This document shows positions 29,374 through 39,703 of a DNA stretch of 64,000 nucleotides, one piece after another. Within the stretch, counting starts at the first letter, position 1. The number at the start of each line of letters is the position of its first letter. Both the position numbers and the translations under genes were made by a program. The stretch comes from an uncultured Alphaproteobacteria bacterium. GTDB taxonomy: Bacteria; Pseudomonadota; Alphaproteobacteria; HIMB59; GCA-002718135. The DNA lies in NCBI GenBank assembly GCA_902625365.1, contig CACOAX010000001.1, positions 23,657-87,656 of the forward strand, in the 5' to 3' direction. The notes beneath the pieces are model-generated. The model saw only the letters and a program-made list of their open reading frames with translations, searched no databases and was not told where the DNA came from.

Positions 29374-31164
29374 ATGAAAAATCTTTCTATCTTACTACTC
29401 AGCGTTTTCTCATTTTTATTACCTCTAAAGTTTGCTTCTGCAGAAAAAGTTCATGGAATTGCAATGCATGGCACACCAAAATATAGCGGTAATTTTACAC
29501 ACTTAGATTATGTTAATCCAAATGCACCTAAAGGCGGAACAGTAAAATTTGGATCATATGGGTCTTTTGATAATCTAAATAGAGTAGCTTTTAAAGGCTC
29601 AAAAGCTGCTGGTCTTGGGTATGTTAATGATACGTTAATGAGAAGAGTATGGGATGAAGCATTCTCTCTCTATGGTTTAATAGCCGAAAAGGTAGAATTA
29701 CCTGAAGATAGATCTTCTATAACTTTTTATTTGAATTCAAATGCAACCTTTCATGATGGCTCACCAATAACACGTGATGATGTTTTATTTAGTTTAGAAA
29801 CATTTCAAACAAAAGGGACTCCAAATCAGAAAAAGACTTATGGCAAAGTTATTAAAACAGAATTGATTGGAAATGATGGAATAAAAATGATTTTTGAAAA
29901 TAATGAAGATAAAGAATTACCTCTTATTATTGCAGGCTTTCTTCCTATCATTCCAAAAAAGTTTTATGAAAATCTTGATGTCACAAAAACATTTTTAGAT
30001 ATCCCTCTAGGCAGTGGTCCATACCAAGTGGATAGTCTCGATCCAGGACGTCAAATTAAATACAAACGTGTTGAAAATTATTGGGCAAAAGATTTACCAG
30101 TAAATAAAGGTCTCTATAATTTTGATACAATTATTTATGATTATTACAAAGACTCAAATGTTTTAGTTGAAGCATTTAAAGTTGGCGAATACGACTTTAG
30201 AAGAGAATACAACGTTAAACGTTGGTTATCAGAATATGATTTCAAAGCTGTCCAGAATGGTGAAGTAATATTGACAGAAATGAATAATGATAGACCTGTT
30301 GGAATGAATGGTCTTGTGATGAATACAAGACGTGACATATTTAATAATAGAAATGTAAGACTTGCTTTGAGTTATGCCTATGATCATGAATGGATTAATA
30401 AAACAATATATCAAAATGCTTATGTGAGAACAGATAGTTATTTTGATAATTCGCCATTAGCTTCCTCAGGCTTACCGTCAAAAAATGAATTAGAATTATT
30501 GAATGTATGGAAAGATAAAATTCCAGCAGAGGTATTTACGGAATCATTTACGCCACCTATTACGAATGGCAGTGGTAATGATCGTAAAAATTTATTGAAA
30601 GCAAAAGACATACTCGAAAAAGAAGGGTGGTTTGTTGAAAACGGAAAACTCATAAAAGATGGAATGGAATTCAAGTTTGAGTTTTTGATTGTCAGTCCAT
30701 CTGATGAGAAGATTGCCTTGGCCTATCAAAGTAATTTAAAAAAACTTGGCATTACAATGGACGTAAGAACTGTTGATTCATCACAGTATCAAGAACGTTT
30801 GTTAAGTTATGATTTTGATATGATTAAAAGATACTGGGGAGTCAGTTTAAGTCCAGGAAATGAGCAGCAATTTTATTGGGGATCAGAAGTTGGTCAAAAA
30901 GATGGAAGTAGAAATTATCCTGGTATCAATAGTCCAGCAGTCGATGCATTAATTGAAAAACTAATTAGTGCAACAAATAGAGAAGAATTAACAACGGCGA
31001 TCCACGCACTTGATAGAGTATTGTTATGGGGTCACTATGTCGTTCCTCTTTATCATAGCAACAAAGACAGAATTGCTTATTGGGATTTTTTTGAATACCC
31101 AGATGAAATTCCACTTTACGGAATTGTAATAGAATCTTGGTGGATTAATAAAGATAAACAATAA
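29374..31164 (+). CDS. Family 5 extracellular solute-binding protein (YejA-like)
   Basis: HGIAMHGTPKY...YVNPNAPKGG, GSGPY, SPGNEQ...WGS, ALDRVLLW. Confidence 0.9.
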   Translation: MKNLSILLLSVFSFLLPLKFASAEKVHGIAMHGTPKYSGNFTHLDYVNPNAPKGGTVKFGSYGSFDNLNRVAFKGSKAAGLGYVNDTLMRRVWDEAFSLYGLIAEKVELPEDRSSITFYLNSNATFHDGSPITRDDVLFSLETFQTKGTPNQKKTYGKVIKTELIGNDGIKMIFENNEDKELPLIIAGFLPIIPKKFYENLDVTKTFLDIPLGSGPYQVDSLDPGRQIKYKRVENYWAKDLPVNKGLYNFDTIIYDYYKDSNVLVEAFKVGEYDFRREYNVKRWLSEYDFKAVQNGEVILTEMNNDRPVGMNGLVMNTRRDIFNNRNVRLALSYAYDHEWINKTIYQNAYVRTDSYFDNSPLASSGLPSKNELELLNVWKDKIPAEVFTESFTPPITNGSGNDRKNLLKAKDILEKEGWFVENGKLIKDGMEFKFEFLIVSPSDEKIALAYQSNLKKLGITMDVRTVDSSQYQERLLSYDFDMIKRYWGVSLSPGNEQQFYWGSEVGQKDGSRNYPGINSPAVDALIEKLISATNREELTTAIHALDRVLLWGHYVVPLYHSNKDRIAYWDFFEYPDEIPLYGIVIESWWINKDKQ

Positions 31165-31185
31165 AGTAAGTAATCAAATATTTTT

Positions 31186-32070
31186 ATGAGTCATACAAGA
31201 GCTAACATATTCATGTTAATTGCCTCACTTATATGGGGAACAGCTTTTGTAAGCCAAACTACTGGAATGGGAGCCATAGGTCCTTTTACTTTTAGCTTTG
31301 GAAGATTCTTTTTTGCTTTTTTAACAGTAGCTCCATTTGCAATTTATCTAGAACAACAAAATATTTTTAAAATATTAAGTGATAGAAAAAAAATTTATCT
31401 TTGTTTGGCTACAGGTTTTTTTCTTTTTGGTGGTATGGGTCTTCAACAATACGCTTTACAAAAATCATTAATATCAAATGCTGCTTTTCTTAGCACTCTT
31501 TACGTTCCCTTTGTTGGTATAATTTCAAGATTCATAATTAAAAAACAGGTACACTGGATTATTTGGATTGCCATTTTACTTTGTTTATATGGATCATATC
31601 TTTTATCCTCTAATCAATCAGTCGAAATTCAACAGTCAGATTCACTCTTGTTTATTGCTGCTTTGTTTTTTGCCTTACATATTATTTGTATTGATATTTT
31701 TATGAAAGAACTCAACAGTCCTTTTTTATTTGGAAGTATTCAGTACTTTATTGTTTTTATATTATCTATGATCTTAGCTTTTATGTGGGAAGAGCCAAAG
31801 CTCTCAAATATGCAAATTGAATGGTTTGAAATTTTATATACGGGTATATTTTCTGCTGGCATTGGATATACACTTCAAATTATCGCTCAACATAAAGCTA
31901 ATCCTGCTCCAGCTGCTATTATTTTATCAATGGAGTCAGTCTTTGCTGCAATAGCAGGTTGGATACTTTTAAATCAAGTTTTAGACACACAAAAAATACT
32001 TGGATGTCTTGCAATATTTATTGGAGTGATTATAGTACAATTAGTACCAATAATTATTAAACAAAAATGA
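31186..32070 (+). CDS. EamA/DMT family transporter
   Basis: IWGTAFV, GYTLQIIAQ, ILSMESVFA; about 10 TM. Confidence 0.9.
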   Translation: MSHTRANIFMLIASLIWGTAFVSQTTGMGAIGPFTFSFGRFFFAFLTVAPFAIYLEQQNIFKILSDRKKIYLCLATGFFLFGGMGLQQYALQKSLISNAAFLSTLYVPFVGIISRFIIKKQVHWIIWIAILLCLYGSYLLSSNQSVEIQQSDSLLFIAALFFALHIICIDIFMKELNSPFLFGSIQYFIVFILSMILAFMWEEPKLSNMQIEWFEILYTGIFSAGIGYTLQIIAQHKANPAPAAIILSMESVFAAIAGWILLNQVLDTQKILGCLAIFIGVIIVQLVPIIIKQK

Positions 32071-33041
32071 GTGATAAATTAGATGTAGTTGGAATTGGAA
32101 ATGCTATGGTAGATGCCATAATTCCTTCCAATCAAAGTGAAATTGAAAAACATGAAATTAATAGAGATTCAATGAATCTTATTGATGAAAACTTAAAAAA
32201 TAACTTACATGAAAGTTATTCTATTAGAGAAATGGCAGGCGGAGGTTCTCTTGGTAACTCCATGTTTGGTATTACCTCTTTTGGCGGTAATGGAAGTTTT
32301 ATTGGAAAAATTAAAAATGATGAAGTTGGTATTTTTCTTCAAAAAGATATGGTCAGAGAAGGTTTACAGTTTCCTTTAGGTTTTACTTCGCCAGATATTT
32401 CTACAGGATGTTGTACAATTTTTGTTGAGGAAGATGGAACAAGGACAATGTGTACTTTTCTAGGTGCAGGAACTTTAATTGGACCAGATGATATTAATGA
32501 TCAGCACATAAAAAATCATAAAATAGCTTATTTAGAAGGCTACTTATGGGATAATGAAAATGCGAAAAAAGCTATGAAGAAAATGGTTGATATTTGTAAA
32601 GCAGATAATCAGCAAATTGCTTTTACTTTGTCTGATTTATTTTGTGTTGATAGGCATAGAGATTCTTTCAAGGAATTAATTGAGAATGATGTAGATATTC
32701 TTTTTGCTAACGAGGATGAGATTAAAGCTCAGTCTGAGGAGACAAACTTTGACAATGCTATTGAGTATGCAAAATCATTAAATATGACTGTAGCAATTAC
32801 AAGAGCAGAGAAAGGATCTGTGATTGTAGAAAAAGATAAAATAATTGAGATTAATCCAATTCAAGTAGACAAAGTTGTTGATACGACTGGAGCGGGTGAT
32901 CTTTATGCAGCTGGGTTTTTGTTTGGCATTGCCAGAGGTAAAGATATTTCCACTTCTGGAAATTATGCCAGCATTGCTGCTGCAGAAATAATTTCGCATT
33001 ATGGGGCAAGACCTTTAGTGAAATTATCTAATTTAATTTAG
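32067..33041 (+). CDS. PfkB-family adenosine/nucleoside kinase
   Basis: GIGNAMVD, RTMCTFLGA, LEGYLWD, DTTGAGDLYAAGFL. Confidence 0.9.
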   Translation: MSDKLDVVGIGNAMVDAIIPSNQSEIEKHEINRDSMNLIDENLKNNLHESYSIREMAGGGSLGNSMFGITSFGGNGSFIGKIKNDEVGIFLQKDMVREGLQFPLGFTSPDISTGCCTIFVEEDGTRTMCTFLGAGTLIGPDDINDQHIKNHKIAYLEGYLWDNENAKKAMKKMVDICKADNQQIAFTLSDLFCVDRHRDSFKELIENDVDILFANEDEIKAQSEETNFDNAIEYAKSLNMTVAITRAEKGSVIVEKDKIIEINPIQVDKVVDTTGAGDLYAAGFLFGIARGKDISTSGNYASIAAAEIISHYGARPLVKLSNLI

Positions 33042-34008
33042 CTAATAAATTATTTTTATTTTCTTTATCACAAAAAGAATATTTAATTGCGTTATGAGTA
33101 AGGGAGGTTAATTCTTTTTCATTTAAACCTAAATCTTCCATAACATTATACTCACCACTAATCGTTGCGTTGAAAAAAGGTGGGTCATCTGAATTTACTG
33201 TTACTTTTACTCCTTGATCAAATAATGTTTTCACAGGATGATCTTCATAATCTTCATAAATCTTAGTTGCAATATTACTTGTTGGACAAGTTTCTAGAAT
33301 AATATCTTTATCAATTATTTCTTTTACTAAATCAGGATCCTCTATTGACCGAACTCCGTGGCCTAATCTTGTTGGGTGCAGGAGATTAATTGCATTTCTT
33401 ATATTTTCAGGACCATCCCATTCACCTGCATGAACGGTAATTGGAAAATTTTCTTTTTTTAACATATCAAATGTTTCAACAAATAAATTTGGAGGAAAAT
33501 GCAGCTCATCCCCAGCCAAACCAAAACCAACTAAACAAGGATGAGGATTATTTAAAACTTCTTCTGCAGTTCTTTGTACTGACTCTGGCCCTAAATGTCT
33601 GATCCCATTCATTATGTAACGTGAAACAATACCAAAATCCTCTTCGGCTTTTTTGGAAGCTTCATAGACTCCTTCGATAAAAGAATGATAGGTCATGCCT
33701 TTTTCTTTAGCATGAGTTGAGGAAATCATAGCTTCGACATAAAGAACATTATTAGCGGCACAATCTTTTAAATATTCATATGTTAATTCAAAATAATCTT
33801 CTGGTGTATGTATGACAGATGTAACTATGTCATATTTTTTTATAAAATCATAAAAATCATCCCATTGGTATGCATACTTTGATCCAAACATTTCTTCAGG
33901 TATTTCGTGATTATTTCGTTTAGCAAATTTCTTACACAGATCTGGTGTAATGGTTGCCTCTAAATGAACGTGGATTTCTGCTTTTTTAACTGAATTAAAA
34001 ATATTCAT
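33028..34008 (-). CDS. add: Adenosine/adenine deaminase
   Basis: KAEIHVHLE, HAGE, RLGHG, CPTSN, NSDDP; start placed at ATG 34008 to avoid overlap with the divergent gene. Confidence 0.92.
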   Translation of the reverse strand: MNIFNSVKKAEIHVHLEATITPDLCKKFAKRNNHEIPEEMFGSKYAYQWDDFYDFIKKYDIVTSVIHTPEDYFELTYEYLKDCAANNVLYVEAMISSTHAKEKGMTYHSFIEGVYEASKKAEEDFGIVSRYIMNGIRHLGPESVQRTAEEVLNNPHPCLVGFGLAGDELHFPPNLFVETFDMLKKENFPITVHAGEWDGPENIRNAINLLHPTRLGHGVRSIEDPDLVKEIIDKDIILETCPTSNIATKIYEDYEDHPVKTLFDQGVKVTVNSDDPPFFNATISGEYNVMEDLGLNEKELTSLTHNAIKYSFCDKENKNNLLAKLN

Positions 34009-34037
34009 ATAAATTAAATTACCTATATAATAATAAT

Positions 34038-34949
34038 ATGGAAGCAAGAATAAACAGAAGAAGCTTTGTTTTTGGAGCCAGTTGCTCTTTATGTGGTTCG
34101 ATAATTTTACCATCTTGTACACAAGTACCATTAACAAATCGAAATCAGTTAAATTTATATGATAGCAATCTACCTATAATTTTAATGGGTGGCGGTGTAG
34201 CAGGTCTTCCAAAGATTTATCCTAATGAAAGAGCTCTTAATAAAGAAGTTGATAAAACATATTCAAGATTTTTATCAAAAGCTAAAGAAGATAAAATTCT
34301 TCTAGATAATACAGATGAATCTAAAAAAATTGAAGAAATCGGAAAAGAAATTTATACCTCTCTAGATACATTTTATATTAATAAGCGTGAAAAAAATCCT
34401 GTAGAAAATTTTAACTGGCAATTTGCTCTAATTGAATCTGATACAAAAAATGCATGGTGTATGCCTGGTGGTAAAATTGCGTTCTATACTGGTATACTTC
34501 CTGTTTGTAAAAATGATGATGGAATTGCAGCAGTCATGGGACATGAAATTGCCCATGCATTTGCTAGACATACAGTAGAAAAATTAACTCAAGCATCTAT
34601 GATTCAAATGGCAACAATTGGAATATCACGAAGTAGATATGCAGAACTTTTAAATAAATCTTTAAGAGTTGGTAACGTAGGTGGTAATGTTTACAACTCA
34701 GTTGTTAAGTATGGGATTTTTCTTCCTTTTAGTAGAAAAATGGAAAGTGAAGCTGATTATTTAGGCATGGGATTTATGAATCTTGCAGGATTTAATCTTA
34801 AGGAGCCTGCTAAACTATGGCAAAGAATGATGGCAGGCCAAGAAGGAAGAATGCCCGAATTTATGGGGTCGCATCCAAGTCCTGATAACAGATCTAAAAA
34901 ATTTCTCGAATGGGAAAGTGAAATTTTGGATAAATTTCCTCGTGTTTAA
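34038..34949 (+). CDS. M48 family Zn metallopeptidase, probable Tat lipoprotein
   Basis: RRSF, ILPSC, NAWCMPGG, HEIAH, ESEAD, SHP. Confidence 0.92.
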   Translation: MEARINRRSFVFGASCSLCGSIILPSCTQVPLTNRNQLNLYDSNLPIILMGGGVAGLPKIYPNERALNKEVDKTYSRFLSKAKEDKILLDNTDESKKIEEIGKEIYTSLDTFYINKREKNPVENFNWQFALIESDTKNAWCMPGGKIAFYTGILPVCKNDDGIAAVMGHEIAHAFARHTVEKLTQASMIQMATIGISRSRYAELLNKSLRVGNVGGNVYNSVVKYGIFLPFSRKMESEADYLGMGFMNLAGFNLKEPAKLWQRMMAGQEGRMPEFMGSHPSPDNRSKKFLEWESEILDKFPRV

Positions 34950-34970
34950 TTTATAGTATTTTAATTATTT

Positions 34971-36017
34971 ATGTCTGCAGTAGAAATCACAAATTTAAGT
35001 CACACAATAGGTAATAAGGAAATTTTAAAAAATATAAACTTTACTCTAAGCAAAGATAGTATCTCGTGTATTTTAGGACCGTCAGGAAGTGGTAAAACTT
35101 CACTCCTTAAATTAATTGCTGGTTTAGAAAGAGTACAAAACGGTAGTATAAAAATAAACAGTAAAGAAGTAAGTAGCAAATCTAAACATTTGCCTACAGA
35201 AAAAAGAAATATTGGTTTTCTATTTCAAGATTATGCACTGTTTCCTCATCTAACAGTTAAACAAAATTTGGAATATCCTATTAATTATAAAACTTCACCT
35301 CATACTATTGAAGATATAATTAAATTAATAAAACTTCCTAATTCACTTAATAAGTATCCTCATGAATTAAGTGGAGGTGAACAACAAAGAGTTGCTTTAG
35401 CAAGATCAATCATTTCAAACCCTGATATTCTTTTATTAGATGAGCCTTTTTCAAGCTTAGATTTAAATTTAAGAGAAGATGTAAGAGATGACACTTTACA
35501 TTTACTTCAAAAATCAAATGTCTCAGTAATTATTGTTACTCATGATCCATTTGAAGCAATGTTTATTTCTAATCAAATTAACATTATGGATACGACTGGT
35601 AAAATAGTCCAATCAGGTAGCCCGGCAGAATTATATAATAATCCAGCTAATTCTTACGTAGCTGAATTCTTTGGAGAAACAAATAGATTTGAGGGTGTAG
35701 TAAAAAATGGGCAAATTATTACACCTGTTGGAAAGATAAGTGCTCCAAAAGAATTAGAAAATAAAAATGTCAAAATTCATATTAGACCAAGAGGTATTAG
35801 ATTAAACAAACAGCCTACACCTGTGAATGGTATAAAAGGAACTGTTATGGCTTCAAAATTAATGGGTTCATTTAGTTTTATTCATTTATCTGTTTTAGAT
35901 AAAGATAATGAAATTGTTCACATTCATAGTCATATGCCTGCCGATTTTAATCCAAAACAATCCTCTGCAGTAGAAATAGAGATTGATCAAAAACAAACAT
36001 TTATTTTTCAAAATTAA
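34971..36017 (+). CDS. fbpC: Fe3+ ABC transporter ATPase
   Basis: GPSGSGKT, FQDYALFPH, LSGGEQQRV; convergent with the Fe3+ permease. Confidence 0.85.
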   Translation: MSAVEITNLSHTIGNKEILKNINFTLSKDSISCILGPSGSGKTSLLKLIAGLERVQNGSIKINSKEVSSKSKHLPTEKRNIGFLFQDYALFPHLTVKQNLEYPINYKTSPHTIEDIIKLIKLPNSLNKYPHELSGGEQQRVALARSIISNPDILLLDEPFSSLDLNLREDVRDDTLHLLQKSNVSVIIVTHDPFEAMFISNQINIMDTTGKIVQSGSPAELYNNPANSYVAEFFGETNRFEGVVKNGQIITPVGKISAPKELENKNVKIHIRPRGIRLNKQPTPVNGIKGTVMASKLMGSFSFIHLSVLDKDNEIVHIHSHMPADFNPKQSSAVEIEIDQKQTFIFQN

Positions 36018-37627
36018 AAACTTCTTTTCTTTTGAGAGACTCTTTGAAGTGTTGAGTTTAAAAAAATAACTGGCCCAAGACCAACAATTATGATTATTAA
36101 AGCTGCAAAAGATGATTCCTGAAGAAGTTCGTCTGATGCATATTGATATACATAAGTTGAGAGTGTTTCAAAATTAAAAGGCCTTAATAAAAGAGTTATT
36201 GGTAACTCTTTAAGAATATCGACAAAAACCAGAATACCTCCAATAAGAACATTGGTATAAATAAGTGGTAAAATAATTTTCCTTATGCTTTGATAAAAGC
36301 CTCTACCCATTGATGTTGAGGCATCCATTGCATTTGGATGAACCTTAAGAATACCTGATCTAATAGCAGCATTACCAACTGCTAAAAATCTAGTCACATA
36401 AGCAAAAATTAAAACTATAAAACCACCTGCTACATAACTTAAATGAAAATTTATTATACTATTTATCCAGCCAACAAAAATTACTATTCCTACTGCTAAT
36501 ATCGTTCCAGGTAATGCGTATCCGCATGAAGCTATAAAGATTAAAACTTTGTGAAAATTATTTGATTTGTAGTTTGAAATTAGAATTAATAAAACAGAAA
36601 CAAGCATTACAAAAAAAGCACCTGCAGAGGCTACTGAAATACTAGTTAGGGCAGTTTTAAATATTTCTGTAAAATTAATAATTGAAAATCCACTTAAAAC
36701 AAAATTTAAGAGAATTAGAACTGGAACAATAAACCCTAGGAATATTGGTATAAAGCAAATTAAAAAACAGAATAATTTTTTAGAACTAGATAAGTTTTCA
36801 GAAATCAACATATTTTGGCCACTGCTTAATTCATGGTATCTTTGTCTTCTTCTTGCTAGGTACTCAATTGTAAGCAATATTATAACGAAGATAAAAAGTA
36901 CTGATGAAATCTGAGACGCACCTGACAAACTATTCATACCAAGCCAAACATTAAAAACACCGAGTGTAAGCGTCTCAAGAGCAAAATACTCAACTGTTCC
37001 AAAATCAGAGATTGTTTCCATTAAGACTAGTGCGAGTCCAGCAAATATTCCAGGTCGAGCCAATGGTAAAGCCACTGAAAAAAAACTATTACGTCCATAA
37101 ACTAAACTTGTTTGATAAAAAGATATAGGTACAGTTAAAAATGATGCACGCGTCATCATATATACATAAGGATAAAGAACGCATGACATTACTAACATTG
37201 CCCCACTCATGGACCTTATTTCTGGGAACCAATAATCTGATGAACTATTCCAATTAAATATTTCCCTAAGAGTTTTTTGAAATACACCAGCATATTCTAA
37301 AAAATCTGTATATGTGTATGCAATTATGTATGCTGGAACGGCTGCTGGCAATAATAATGCCCATTCAAATATCTTTTTTCCAAAAAAATTATATCTTGTT
37401 ACAACCCAAGCAGAAGATATTCCAAATATTAATGTTAATACCCCAACACCGAACATTAATACTAATGTATTATAAACATACCTCGGTAGAACAGTTGAAA
37501 ATAAATGAGGCCAAAGTGATGTATCCCCTAAAAATGCAGAGAAGAAGACTGCAATAATAGGTGATATAATAGCAAATGCTAGAAGAGTTGCTAAAGTTGA
37601 AGAGCTATTCCAGTTATACAAAATCAC
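36014..37627 (-). CDS. fbpB: Fe3+ ABC transporter permease
   Basis: Duplicated permease; PAYIIAYTY, LYPYVY, METISDFG, KELPITLLLRPFNFETL. Confidence 0.93.
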   Translation of the reverse strand: MILYNWNSSSTLATLLAFAIISPIIAVFFSAFLGDTSLWPHLFSTVLPRYVYNTLVLMFGVGVLTLIFGISSAWVVTRYNFFGKKIFEWALLLPAAVPAYIIAYTYTDFLEYAGVFQKTLREIFNWNSSSDYWFPEIRSMSGAMLVMSCVLYPYVYMMTRASFLTVPISFYQTSLVYGRNSFFSVALPLARPGIFAGLALVLMETISDFGTVEYFALETLTLGVFNVWLGMNSLSGASQISSVLFIFVIILLTIEYLARRRQRYHELSSGQNMLISENLSSSKKLFCFLICFIPIFLGFIVPVLILLNFVLSGFSIINFTEIFKTALTSISVASAGAFFVMLVSVLLILISNYKSNNFHKVLIFIASCGYALPGTILAVGIVIFVGWINSIINFHLSYVAGGFIVLIFAYVTRFLAVGNAAIRSGILKVHPNAMDASTSMGRGFYQSIRKIILPLIYTNVLIGGILVFVDILKELPITLLLRPFNFETLSTYVYQYASDELLQESSFAALIIIIVGLGPVIFLNSTLQRVSQKKRSF

Positions 37628-37639
37628 TGGTTTTATAAA

Positions 37640-38659
37640 CTACCAACCAACTCTATCAATAATCTTTTGAGCTTCCGGTGCTAATTCTGCAATTTTTATA
37701 ATTGGCAAGTTGTCTTCGCGAAACTCTCCCCAATTTTGTAATTCTTCACTAGGAGAAACTTTAGGGTTAACAGGATATTCAAAATTTATTTCACCATAAA
37801 GCTTTTGTGCTTTTTCACTTGTTAGAAACTCTAGTAATGCAATAGCCTCTTTTTTATTTTTTGAGTATTTTGCAACTCCTGCTCCCGAGATATTTACATG
37901 GGCTCCCCTATCTCCTTCTGCTTGGTTTGGAAATATTAGTCTGACATTTTCTACCCATTTCCTTTGCTCAGGATCTTCTGAAAATTTTAGTTTGCCATAA
38001 TAATAATTATTTATAATTGCTATCGAGCACTCACCTTCATAAATTGCTTTTACTTGTGCCCTATCATTACCTTGAGGTCTTTTGGCAAAATTTGATACCA
38101 GATTTCTTGCCCATTCCTCAGCTTTTTCTTTTCCATATTCTGCAAGAACTGAAGCCATAATACCTCTGTTATAAACATGACTTCCAGGTCTAGAACATAT
38201 TTGGCCTTTCCACTTTGAATCAGCAAGATCTTCTAGCGTCGTTATTTCTCCATCTTTAATTTTTTCATTATCAACAACAATTACTCTGGCCCTTTTTGAT
38301 AATCCAAACCAAGAATTATCGGGGCTTCTTAAGTAAGATGGTATGTTGTTAATTAATTTTTTTGATTCTATTGGTAAAAGTAGATCAAGATCATCATAAA
38401 CGTATAACCTTCCTATATCTACAGTTAAAATTATATCAGCGGGACTATTCTCACCTTCAGCTTTAAGACGCTGAGCTAAACCTTTTTTAGAATAAACTAC
38501 ATTAGTTTTAATGCCAGTCTCTTGAGTAAACAATTCTAAAAATGGATTAATAAGAAAAGGCTGTCTATGTGAATATATATTTATTTCCTTAGCCATAATG
38601 TACGGTGTAAAGATGAAAGATATGGCTAAAAATATAAAACTTATAATATTAGTTTTCAT
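37640..38659 (-). CDS. fbpA: Fe3+ ABC substrate-binding protein (FutA/SfuC-like)
   Basis: YSHRQ, EGENSPAD, GNDRAQ, NNYYYG Tyr ligands, NFEYPV. Confidence 0.94.
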   Translation of the reverse strand: MKTNIISFIFLAISFIFTPYIMAKEINIYSHRQPFLINPFLELFTQETGIKTNVVYSKKGLAQRLKAEGENSPADIILTVDIGRLYVYDDLDLLLPIESKKLINNIPSYLRSPDNSWFGLSKRARVIVVDNEKIKDGEITTLEDLADSKWKGQICSRPGSHVYNRGIMASVLAEYGKEKAEEWARNLVSNFAKRPQGNDRAQVKAIYEGECSIAIINNYYYGKLKFSEDPEQRKWVENVRLIFPNQAEGDRGAHVNISGAGVAKYSKNKKEAIALLEFLTSEKAQKLYGEINFEYPVNPKVSPSEELQNWGEFREDNLPIIKIAELAPEAQKIIDRVGW

Positions 38660-39659
38660 TAAAAATTCTCCCTTTGTTGTTATTTGCTAAAAATTTATTC
38701 TTTAGTTTTTTAAAATTTTTAAAAATATAATTTTTAATTTCAATAAATGGATTTAAATATAAATCTTTGAGATTGTGTGTTTCATCTTTTTGGTTTTTTG
38801 AAATACCGAGTTCAAGTGTATCAAATTCTACTGAATGATGAAGTGATCCAAATAACCAATCCCATATCGCAAGTGCTGCTCCAAAATTTTTGTCATGATG
38901 TTCTCTTGCAATAGAATGATGGAGCTGATGCTGTGCTGGTGAAATAAATATGTACTCTACCCATTTCCAGTATCGAATGCCTATATGTGAATGACGAAGG
39001 TTAGATCCAAGTACATTAAATAAAAAAACAAAAATATTTACACCAAGAATTGTTAACAGATCAACATTATTACCGAAAAGAAATATAAATGAAGAAATAC
39101 TAATAGCCTGTGTAAGTGAGCTTCTTAATGAAAATATAATACCCTCCAAAGGATGCGTTCTAAATACTGTCATTGGAGTTAAAACTGTTGCTGAATGATG
39201 AACTTTATGAAGTGACCACAATATAGGCCATCTATGCATAAATCTGTGAATTATATATTTACTAAAGTCATCTATTGTAAATTGAAATATTGTAAAAGAA
39301 ATTATTACAATGATTGGCAATGTTTCCTTAAACATTCCAACACTAAGCCAATCGATAGAGTGAAAATAAAAATATAGAGCAGTAGCTATTGTTAACTGAG
39401 TTATTAATAATGGGGAAATAATCATCATTATTAATTGATTAATAAAAAAAACTTTATAGTCCGATTTCGCTGACTTAGATAAAAATATATTTTTATCAAA
39501 TATTTTTTTTAGAGCTTTTTTAAATGATAGTCTTCTATTTAAAACAAACCAACCTAAAGCAATAAATATTGAGATAGCTATATATGCTATAAAAACTCTT
39601 TTTTTAGGATCAATAAATTGATTGCCTATTTTTATAAAATATTCGTTTAAAATTTCCAT
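38649..39659 (-). CDS. Sterol desaturase/fatty-acid hydroxylase family membrane di-iron protein
   Basis: HRFMH, HKVHHS, RHSH, HQLHHS, KNFG...WDWLFG; ATG at 39659 preferred. Confidence 0.9.
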   Translation of the reverse strand: MEILNEYFIKIGNQFIDPKKRVFIAYIAISIFIALGWFVLNRRLSFKKALKKIFDKNIFLSKSAKSDYKVFFINQLIMMIISPLLITQLTIATALYFYFHSIDWLSVGMFKETLPIIVIISFTIFQFTIDDFSKYIIHRFMHRWPILWSLHKVHHSATVLTPMTVFRTHPLEGIIFSLRSSLTQAISISSFIFLFGNNVDLLTILGVNIFVFLFNVLGSNLRHSHIGIRYWKWVEYIFISPAQHQLHHSIAREHHDKNFGAALAIWDWLFGSLHHSVEFDTLELGISKNQKDETHNLKDLYLNPFIEIKNYIFKNFKKLKNKFLANNNKGRIFNEN

Positions 39660-39668
39660 TCCATTAAA

Positions 39669-39693
39669 GGTGTGGCTTATTAAAAGCCACACC
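39669..39693 (-). terminator. Stem-loop after the DUF4856 gene
   Basis: Perfect 10-bp stem GGTGTGGCTT-ATTAA-AAGCCACACC. Confidence 0.75.
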
Positions 39694-39703
39694 AAATATA
39701 GTA

